A stretch of 64,000 bases of DNA, from positions 1 to 64,000 of IMG/VR virus record IMGVR_UViG_3300025117_000042; one strand, given 5' to 3'. The position numbers and the translations under genes are program-made. Every line of letters begins with the position of its first letter. Within the stretch, counting starts at the first letter, position 1. Source of the DNA: a virus. Of the stretch, positions 18,701 to 25,316 are shown one piece after another. The notes beneath the pieces are model-generated. The model saw only the letters and a list, made by a program, of their open reading frames with translations, was not told where the DNA came from and did no database searches.

Positions 18701-18982
18701 ATGAAAGAAATATATGCTGTACATGATGGATTAGTATATAAAATGCATATACCTCAAGGTATATCGGATTTGTATGCTTGGTGGGATACTAAAGGAATTC
18801 TTCTTTATTGGCAATTAGACACAGAGTTAAAGAAAGACTTTACAGCACAGATACAAAGTGGAAAGTTAGCTATAGAAGATGCTAACAAGTTGCACCATCA
18901 TGTCTTGTGGAATAGGTTTACCCATGAGGTTAAGTATGCGTTTAAGGTTGATAGTTTTGTATATAGTAAGGAGACAAGGTAA
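15770..18982 (+). CDS. four-domain effector polyprotein (helical glycosylase-like; HipA/PI3-4K-like kinase; ART-like; JAB), each domain preceded by the same 19-aa motif
   Basis: motif at aa 6, 450, 703, 872; KVRNFYNN..VTIDTHA; GSNPGG..YYVK..NE..NWD..N..RVDTGG; HYS..YFY..AGY.G; E..HNHPSGSSFSLED. Confidence 0.8.
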   Translation: MKLFIKSDYVRVQHGKLQHVHDKRIKHIIPLKGRSSASVSLRLGNDGALDFKTILQENPKLIDKHALAVQGYVGFKAKQGESSEQTIKRLINHLTDNLSWLYDQIPEAERKQTRQWYDGANKIANDWAKKYKLPVPQVAGVIACMSPQLEWYQNLHLAQHIIETYQGKDKLKWADGMAEQIEPKVLAELKGKALSEVEDEGLRAIWVLAYNKSQDKSSVDIYSPEGEKVGQQGQTYWFTSAAIIAKAWNILEGRPITNNLSKAHKVRNFYNNIIDPSDAESVTIDTHAIAAAYLAPLAGNDIEVLHNFGAAAGKGEVSPGTAAGVLGTYYIAADAYRKAAQKVGLLPRELQSIIWDFIKNKFDKGLKISSASSKELKNAWSEYTAGKRSLESVRAEVSKRWNQSDSKAYGRSKASDDKGKLHKSLFWIEREGERPGSGVLSRTTRFTLAKSDYIRVRLGRLEHVHDRRIRKEKPQSFYNGLTKISGPLGSNPGGIYQDNNGTKYYVKIPANQDTAINEVVANKLYELAGVKVPELDLIDANGKLGVAGKWMQMDAERVTPDKEGVYSGFVTDAWLANWDVVGMSYDNLMLADGQAVRVDTGGALLYRARGERKGAAFGPAVTELQTLRDPSLNETSASVFAGIPLSAIRSSAENVLNIPKKAIVDTVNTYGSKWDDITKQHVIDTLLARQAYIHNLFTTFVLKSEYYRVRNGKLEYVHDGRTKHQVFHYSKNHNLVRLDPTYYGTGMAGGETKRKKTDPENWVDRTYFYVGEHHTKEDGLGQHKYISEFDPKEIYDFASDPDSLQSTSIDFGKFSVTKYEKKIKEAGYKGFIVHHPQLGSVIAAFYPQSVDKLSKAGYIAVDLNNSKFTVSKSDYVRIRNGKLEHVHDKRVKKDKRLDRAVASLHKSMDEIKHLVDHEECRVIAPDGKVIFKKGGSKSQISFVEEEMALFKGCSFIHNHPSGSSFSLEDINFAIKTGMKEIYAVHDGLVYKMHIPQGISDLYAWWDTKGILLYWQLDTELKKDFTAQIQSGKLAIEDANKLHHHVLWNRFTHEVKYAFKVDSFVYSKETR
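15785..15841 (+). repeat. KS-hairpin motif A, copy 1 (KSDYVRVQHGKLQHVHDKR)
   Basis: peptide repeat read from translation. Confidence 0.95.
17117..17173 (+). repeat. motif A, copy 2 (KSDYIRVRLGRLEHVHDRR)
   Basis: peptide repeat. Confidence 0.95.
17876..17932 (+). repeat. motif A, copy 3 (KSEYYRVRNGKLEYVHDGR)
   Basis: peptide repeat. Confidence 0.95.
18383..18439 (+). repeat. motif A, copy 4 (KSDYVRIRNGKLEHVHDKR)
   Basis: peptide repeat. Confidence 0.95.
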
Positions 18983-21546
18983 TGTTTATATTAGATGATT
19001 CTGAAATCTTGGAACCTGTGTACAAAAAAGAGGACTTTCCTGAACTATTTGCAGAAGGAAAGAAGGACATAAAGAAGTCAATGGCAGTAACTGTACCTAC
19101 ATCCAAAATCAATCCGATGTTGGTTCCTATACAAAAGGTAGTCCATAAAAAGGGTAAAACTCATACCCAAGTATATTGGGTAAACCCGCATGTTGATACC
19201 AAAGTATTGCTGAACACAAAAAAGGTTGAGATGGCACATGAGCTGGCTAAGCTCGAAACCTTCCCGGTAAAGGATGCATGGAAGAAGTTTATGCATGTTA
19301 CTGAGCCTGTAACGCTCCCTGAAGTTGGGGAGGTCAAGATGAACGTGTCAAGGAGTTTCAGTTTCTCAGAAGAGGGGCTGAACTTTGAGTTCTTCAGTCC
19401 AAATACTAATAGATCAGTCACCTATAGTTTGCCTAAAGGGGATACAGTAAGGCTGGACAGTTTGCACATGAATAATCCAGTTGTAAATAAGCAGATGCTT
19501 ATTGAAAGCTTCTCCTGGCTCAGTAGGCAAGGCATTACAAACGTAAAATATACGCGACCTGTGAACGATACTGCCAATGAGATATCAGCAATGCTTGAGA
19601 ACAGTTTCTCAGCAGTTAAAGATAAAGTTGATAACTATGTTAACTTCTATGTTGATATTACAAAGTATCGTAAAGAAGATAACGTTGAGACATATGCTGA
19701 CTATGCACATGTTAGAAACACAACTGAAAAGGTCATGGAGCTGTACGAGGTAGATGACAGCCGTTCAGCTGTGATTGCCTTTGTAGAGAAACTGTACAAA
19801 GAAGACAAGGATACGTTCATTGCTGTAATAGCTGAGTTGTATGCACTGTCTCCTGCTACAGTTTTAGCTGAAATACACAATATAGTAATAGATAATCCTG
19901 ATTTACGTTACGGCATCTCATCTGTAATAGATTTGTTCAGTACCGGTCATAATATCAGTTTAGCAACAACTTCAGATGTTGTTGAAACAGCAACGTTAGT
20001 ATCAACATTGACTGAAAGTTGGAAAGGTAGCTCAAGATCTTTGGGTGCTCAGCTGTTGCAGTATTATGTAGCAGATCTTACTGGCACTACTAAGCCTTCG
20101 TTTTTCAATCACAATTGTAGTGAGGAGATGTTTAATAGCTTTGTAAAATGGCTACATGGTTCTAACGTAGAAGCTAATATAAAAAGATATGTAAAAGATG
20201 TGTATGAGACTACACAAAAAGAGCTTAAAGCAAAGTATTATGCAGAAAAAAAGCTATCAGAAGAGCCTTCTGATGATTATATGATTACGCTTTACAGGGG
20301 TGTAACTAGCAGCTATAACACATCATCTACCCTGGAGAGCTGGACTGAATCATCAGATGTAGCTTACGACTTTGATGGTTCAGATGTATTTAGAAGAGAC
20401 ATACCTATCAAAGCTGTATACGTGTTCTGGAAGAGTAAGAATTGGCTGCACAAAGAAGTAGGTAGTGTATTTGAGACAGAGAAGGAGCATGTATTGATTA
20501 CTGATATGATACCAGCAGCTTTAATAGAAGATGAAAAGGAAAAGAAATTGACAGCAACAGATCGACTTGCTGAGATAAAAGATCTATTGATTACTATAGC
20601 TGATGCTAATTCTGTCTATTTTCACGCAGGATCTGCTTATGGGGAAGACATAGAGTTACTGAAGTTGGCTATTGTATATGCGGGTGGCGCACATACCAAT
20701 GACCTGAAGAATGCGTTCAATCTGAGTTATGAGGACGCTGAACAGGCATCGGAAGCTATTAATAAGTATTGGAAGAACTATCAGATAGATGAAATGTTGG
20801 ATGAAGCTAAGTACACAGAGCATCCTGAACAGCTTGAAGTTCAGCCTTATGATACTGCTGTAGCTATGCTCAGTCCTAACTTTGTCGTAGATCCACTTAA
20901 CAGACAACATATAATAGACATGATTAATTTTGTAGGTATGGGGAATGTAACAGCACAAGGTATAGCAAACAAGTTGTTACTGCCTGATGACAAAGCCCTG
21001 GAGCTGTATCAGAAGTTAGAAAATAATTGGCACACTATATGGGAAAATACCCAATTCAGTATGGAAGATTCTAAAAAAATGTCTGAAATGGCAATAAGTG
21101 AGGCTATATCAGAGTCAGGTGGGGAAAGCAAATTGCTGTTTGCTGATGAGTTGTCTGAAGTGTGGGCTAAATCATACTTAGATAATCCAGCTAATACCAC
21201 ATATTTTTTTACTACAGAACAGAGAGCAAAGCTTAACTATATATTAGACTACGTACAGGAATACCCAAAGGTAATGCAATCCGGGCTGTGGTCAGATCAA
21301 GCCAAAGATATAATAAACAAGTACAGGGATGCTTTGGCTGAAGAGAACAATATGAAGTCGATTGCAGATTACATAAAGGTAAAGGGTATAGATGACGTTA
21401 AAGAATCTGCGTTAAAAACCCTTTACAATTGGTTAGGCCCAAAAGTAGCTAATCAAACTCATTTGGTACTTGGGATGACAAGTGAGGAAACCGATTCTCT
21501 GTATACAAGGCTTGATGATATGTATGGTGTTTTTGCAGGACTCTAA
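18982..21546 (+). CDS. R-S-ExE ADP-ribosyltransferase domain protein with N-terminal K|S site and hairpin motif B (putative capsid cargo)
   Basis: TLYRGV (20287-20304), ESWT (20335-20346), ETEKE (20473-20487); IKKS...LVPIQKVVHKKGKTHTQVYWV. Confidence 0.7.
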   Translation: MFILDDSEILEPVYKKEDFPELFAEGKKDIKKSMAVTVPTSKINPMLVPIQKVVHKKGKTHTQVYWVNPHVDTKVLLNTKKVEMAHELAKLETFPVKDAWKKFMHVTEPVTLPEVGEVKMNVSRSFSFSEEGLNFEFFSPNTNRSVTYSLPKGDTVRLDSLHMNNPVVNKQMLIESFSWLSRQGITNVKYTRPVNDTANEISAMLENSFSAVKDKVDNYVNFYVDITKYRKEDNVETYADYAHVRNTTEKVMELYEVDDSRSAVIAFVEKLYKEDKDTFIAVIAELYALSPATVLAEIHNIVIDNPDLRYGISSVIDLFSTGHNISLATTSDVVETATLVSTLTESWKGSSRSLGAQLLQYYVADLTGTTKPSFFNHNCSEEMFNSFVKWLHGSNVEANIKRYVKDVYETTQKELKAKYYAEKKLSEEPSDDYMITLYRGVTSSYNTSSTLESWTESSDVAYDFDGSDVFRRDIPIKAVYVFWKSKNWLHKEVGSVFETEKEHVLITDMIPAALIEDEKEKKLTATDRLAEIKDLLITIADANSVYFHAGSAYGEDIELLKLAIVYAGGAHTNDLKNAFNLSYEDAEQASEAINKYWKNYQIDEMLDEAKYTEHPEQLEVQPYDTAVAMLSPNFVVDPLNRQHIIDMINFVGMGNVTAQGIANKLLLPDDKALELYQKLENNWHTIWENTQFSMEDSKKMSEMAISEAISESGGESKLLFADELSEVWAKSYLDNPANTTYFFTTEQRAKLNYILDYVQEYPKVMQSGLWSDQAKDIINKYRDALAEENNMKSIADYIKVKGIDDVKESALKTLYNWLGPKVANQTHLVLGMTSEETDSLYTRLDDMYGVFAGL

Positions 21547-21617
21547 GAGATTTACAAAAGTGACAGCTACCGGTATCCTAAAGTAAGTACATCATCTGTT
21601 ATAAAAGAGGAACACAA

Positions 21618-23147
21618 ATGTCTAAGTTCAATTTCTGGAACTATGCTGTCAGTAAGGTTTTCGGAAAACAGATTGAAGTAATAGCAGAGAGCAAGGCAGA
21701 TGATTATATTCAGAAAGCATTGGGTGACAACGTAAGAGCCGATCAAAGATCTTGGCTATTAGACATACTCAACGCTCAAACTGCTATGGGATTTAAAGAG
21801 AATCCAGCAGCTATTACATACAATACACTCCGCAAGGTTTCCCGCAAAAACCCTATCATAGCAGCGATTATAGGCACCAGGATAAATCAAGTGTGTTCCT
21901 TCTCCAAACAGGTCGATGTTATGGAGTTTTCTGCCAATAAGCCTATAGGGTTCAAAGTAGTGCATAAGCGTAAGCATCGGGAAGATATGAACGAGGCAGA
22001 GAAGAAGTTTGCAAACGAGCTGGAAGATTTTATTACATACTGTGGCTATACCGATAGATTCAGGACAGGCCGGAAGCGGGATAACTTCACTGACTTCTTA
22101 CGTAAGGTAACAAGGGATCGGCTGGTGTTAGATCAGATGTGCTTTGAACGTGTATTAAACAAAGCGAAAGAACCAGCTGAAATATTTGCTGTGGACGCTG
22201 CTACAATCAGGCTTGCTTCAGAAGAGAGCATGAATGATGGTGTAGGTTATTGTCAGGTTGTCCAGGGTCAGGTTGTGAATGAGTATACCTGGGCTGAAAT
22301 GGCTTTCTGTATCAATAACCCTGTTAGTGATATAAATCAGTACGGATATGGATTTTCAGAGCTTGAGCAGCTGATTTCGGTTGTTACAGCTCTTTTTTAT
22401 TCAGACACGTATAATACAAAGTTCTTCTCTCAGGGGTTGGGTGCTCAAGGCATCTTAAATATCGTTACAAAGGATGGTGCTATTCCCACCGATCTTATGG
22501 AAGCGTTCCGGTCACAGTTCCAGGCTACAGCTGCTGGTGCAGCTAACGCATGGAAGACTCCGATCATGAATGCTGACAAGCTGGATTGGATCAATTTGAA
22601 ACAGTCTAATAAAGATATGGAGTTTGTTAAGTGGGTTGAGTATCTAATAAAACTTGCTTGCGCTATCTATCAGATATCTCCTGAAGAAATCAATTTTGAA
22701 ACCAGAGGTTCTGGTAGTTCTTCGATGTTTGAGTCTAATCCTGAAGGACGGCTTAAATACAGCAAGGACAAAGGGCTAAGACCGCTGCTTACCTTTCTGT
22801 CAGATCATATCACTGAACACTTCGTTGAGCCTTATTCTCTGGATTATATGATGATTTTTACTGGTCTGGATGAAAAGGAAGAGAAGGATGCAGCTGAAAT
22901 CCGTAAAATAGAAGTTGAGTCTTATAAAACTCTTGATGAAGTACGTGCAGAAGCACAACTAGACCCTCTTGGTGAGGAGAATGGCGGTAATCTGGTACTC
23001 AATCCTCAGTATATTACACATAAGAACCAACAGGCCATGATTGAGCAGCAGAAAGAGATGCAAGCCAGCTTGGGTAGTGGTTTTAGTAGTAGCTATGAAG
23101 ACAGTAATAGTGTGAAACGTGGAGTCAAGAGTGGAAAAGACGAATAA
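21618..23147 (+). CDS. portal protein
   Basis: FLRKVTRDRLVLDQMCFE, FAVDAATIR, GYGFSELE, DMEF.KW..YLI...CAIY.I.P.EINF, SKDKGL.PLL, TLDEVR. Confidence 0.95.
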   Translation: MSKFNFWNYAVSKVFGKQIEVIAESKADDYIQKALGDNVRADQRSWLLDILNAQTAMGFKENPAAITYNTLRKVSRKNPIIAAIIGTRINQVCSFSKQVDVMEFSANKPIGFKVVHKRKHREDMNEAEKKFANELEDFITYCGYTDRFRTGRKRDNFTDFLRKVTRDRLVLDQMCFERVLNKAKEPAEIFAVDAATIRLASEESMNDGVGYCQVVQGQVVNEYTWAEMAFCINNPVSDINQYGYGFSELEQLISVVTALFYSDTYNTKFFSQGLGAQGILNIVTKDGAIPTDLMEAFRSQFQATAAGAANAWKTPIMNADKLDWINLKQSNKDMEFVKWVEYLIKLACAIYQISPEEINFETRGSGSSSMFESNPEGRLKYSKDKGLRPLLTFLSDHITEHFVEPYSLDYMMIFTGLDEKEEKDAAEIRKIEVESYKTLDEVRAEAQLDPLGEENGGNLVLNPQYITHKNQQAMIEQQKEMQASLGSGFSSSYEDSNSVKRGVKSGKDE

Positions 23148-24123
23148 CATCACATTTGTAATAGACAAGTCTTACTATACACGCATCCGTCATGGCAAGC
23201 TTGAGCATGTACATGATAATAGAGTGCGTAAGACTCCAGAGAAAAATTCTGATTTGCGTATCACCATTAAAGAACTCAACAGAGCTTTGACTAAAGGCAC
23301 TGTAGGTATAATTTCAGCTGGCAGGAATACTAATAGTGAAAAAGATCTGCAACTGACAGAAGAAGAGATTGAGAAGCGATACGCCGATCTTGAGAATAAG
23401 CTATTAAAAGATGGTAGAGCCTTTATACGGGCAAAAGGTGTATGGGAAGGCGGGGAAGAGCGGTCTTATATTGTAGCTATTCCTAACAAAGACAGAAGTT
23501 ATCTGATAAAGCTTGGTGTCAAGTACAACCAGGATTCAGTTATATTTGTCAACGAAGGCAGGAATGAGTACATCTACTGTACAGGCCCGAACAAAGGTCA
23601 ATGTCATATCGGCAAGAAGTTCGAAGAAGTAGCAGCTGACATACCATCGGGTTACACTGAGATAGATGCAGTCGGTGCTTCACCATATAAGTTTGCTCTT
23701 GACTTCGACTTTGATAATACAAAACCAGTTAGAAAATCTTACGTAGTAGAAATGATTGCGAAGTCAGACTACGTGCGGGTTCGTAACGGTAGGCTTGAGT
23801 ATGTGCATGATACAAGGGTAGCTCATCCGGTTGAACGTCGTTCAGCTGAGTCAGAAATTGAGTTTGATACACAGCTGAAGGTGTGGGATATGGAACTGGA
23901 GAATCTTACGCGGAAAGAGCATGCTGTAGACTTCATGGATGCACAGTCTCTAATAGAGATATCAAAGAAGAAAGCAGATATCTACACTGCCATGATTGCT
24001 GCCCTGGAGCCTAGAGTAAGTAAGATCGAAGATAAGCCTCGCTATGATTTCGACATGCGCGATACTTTGCTGCATGAGATAAAAATTCCACCTAAGCTAC
24101 TGACAGTCAAAGGAGCGGATTAA
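23119..24123 (+). CDS. two-module cargo protein: SAM lyase (T3 SAMase/DUF3293-like) plus small helical domain, each after motif A
   Basis: IISAGR...GVWEGGEERSYIV...LGVKYNQDSVIF...FEEV...GYTEID; start could be GTG 23131 (GGAG RBS). Confidence 0.75.
   Translation: MESRVEKTNNITFVIDKSYYTRIRHGKLEHVHDNRVRKTPEKNSDLRITIKELNRALTKGTVGIISAGRNTNSEKDLQLTEEEIEKRYADLENKLLKDGRAFIRAKGVWEGGEERSYIVAIPNKDRSYLIKLGVKYNQDSVIFVNEGRNEYIYCTGPNKGQCHIGKKFEEVAADIPSGYTEIDAVGASPYKFALDFDFDNTKPVRKSYVVEMIAKSDYVRVRNGRLEYVHDTRVAHPVERRSAESEIEFDTQLKVWDMELENLTRKEHAVDFMDAQSLIEISKKKADIYTAMIAALEPRVSKIEDKPRYDFDMRDTLLHEIKIPPKLLTVKGAD
23167..23223 (+). repeat. motif A, copy 5 (KSYYTRIRHGKLEHVHDNR)
   Basis: peptide repeat. Confidence 0.95.
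23761..23817 (+). repeat. motif A, copy 6 (KSDYVRVRNGRLEYVHDTR)
   Basis: peptide repeat. Confidence 0.95.
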
Positions 24124-25187
24124 TGGATTTTGTAATAGAAAAATCAGTAAGAGCCGGTCTGATTCCTATAAGAAAGACTGTCACTCAAAACGGTAGAACC
24201 TTTCAGAGGACGTACTGGTGTAAACAGAAGGATCTGCAAAGCTTCAATGCTACAGCTCCTGCTGTCGAGTTTCTTGCTGCCAGTATAGAGACTCAGAAAG
24301 AGATGATGGATATTGTTTCACAGCTTGAGGACTATAATCAGGGACTCGCTGCTGAAATATACAACGAAATGCAAAAGAGTGGTGAAACGTCTATTAAAAT
24401 AGCTGATAAGATCGCTAAAGTGTCTGATTGGGTTACTGCCAGGGAAACCAACATGACCACCTTTCTCGCTGGTATGAGACAGCTGCTGAATGAGAAAGGC
24501 AAGATCGACATGGCAGATCTAGCTAAGACCTACCAGGATGTGTCTTATCAGTACCATAAGATGGGCCTGGAGCTTTCCACTGTCAATGCTGAAGGTAAAG
24601 AGAAACCTCTGAAAAAGATGGGAGTCATTCAGGATCTTGTTCCTATGAACTGGACTGATACTGTCAAGGAAGTAGGAGCTGCTTTGCGTGAATCTATTAA
24701 AAACGGTCTGACTACCTTACGTGCTGTATGGGGTAAGCTGGGCCGAGCCAAGATACCTAAACAGCCAGAGGAGCTTGATTACAGGCTGAAGGAGAACAAG
24801 GGTAAGCTGGAAGAGCTGTACGAGGAGTACCAGAAGCAAGCTCCAGATCTACGACCTCCGAAACGTAAGCTCACTGAGGAGCAAAAGCTTGCCCTGGAAG
24901 GTACTCCAGCTCCTGCTCCTAAAGGTGATAATAAGAAGAAATTCACTATCAATCCTGAAGCTCCTATGAAGAAGAAACCTGCAAAGAAAGCTCCAGATAA
25001 CATTGATATTAGCAAAATAAGTTATAAGCGTCCTGAAGATATTACTATGAAAGAGCTTAAAGCTATCAAGAAACAGGCTGAGACACAGTTCAAACAGGTT
25101 GTTGCTGAGTATGGTTCATGGGAGAATGTACCTGAGCATGTTAAACATCTGATTATTTCACTAACGTTAAAGACAGGAGCGAAGTAA
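24123..25187 (+). CDS. putative internal head protein with FVIEK|S and hairpin motif B; helical body, Lys/Pro-rich tail
   Basis: MDFVIEKSVRAGLIPIRKTVTQNGRTFQRTYWC; between portal and protease. Confidence 0.65.
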   Translation: MDFVIEKSVRAGLIPIRKTVTQNGRTFQRTYWCKQKDLQSFNATAPAVEFLAASIETQKEMMDIVSQLEDYNQGLAAEIYNEMQKSGETSIKIADKIAKVSDWVTARETNMTTFLAGMRQLLNEKGKIDMADLAKTYQDVSYQYHKMGLELSTVNAEGKEKPLKKMGVIQDLVPMNWTDTVKEVGAALRESIKNGLTTLRAVWGKLGRAKIPKQPEELDYRLKENKGKLEELYEEYQKQAPDLRPPKRKLTEEQKLALEGTPAPAPKGDNKKKFTINPEAPMKKKPAKKAPDNIDISKISYKRPEDITMKELKAIKKQAETQFKQVVAEYGSWENVPEHVKHLIISLTLKTGAK

Positions 25188-25309
25188 TGGACAAGAAACT
25201 GGAAGCTGAACGACTCCTTTCATCCATACTTGAGTATTATAAGAAGCTGAACGCTACTCAATCCAAAGTACTTGAGACAATGAACTCAGTATTAGTCAAA
25301 AAGAGGTGA
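25187..25309 (+). CDS. 40-aa hypothetical protein (below ORF-track cutoff)
   Basis: AGGAG RBS, TAATG coupling; MDKKLEAERLLSSILEYYKK... Confidence 0.5.
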   Translation: MDKKLEAERLLSSILEYYKKLNATQSKVLETMNSVLVKKR

Positions 25310-25316
25310 TAGAGAA

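Noticed and set aside
15770-18982. Inteins or self-splicing elements between domains
   Set aside because: No C/S...HN-C/S/T intein ends or LAGLIDADG motifs; the motif is only 19 aa
18440-19070. JAB toxin plus immunity gene pair
   Set aside because: The downstream ORF is an 854-aa tagged ART protein, not a small immunity protein
19200-19680. GNAT domain in the N-terminal part of 18982
   Set aside because: Only a vague pattern and no acetyl-CoA-binding Q/RxxGxG motif
15785-23817. Motif A copies as a DNA repeat, CRISPR array or recombination site
   Set aside because: Copies are in frame, irregularly spaced and differ at synonymous positions; conservation is at peptide level
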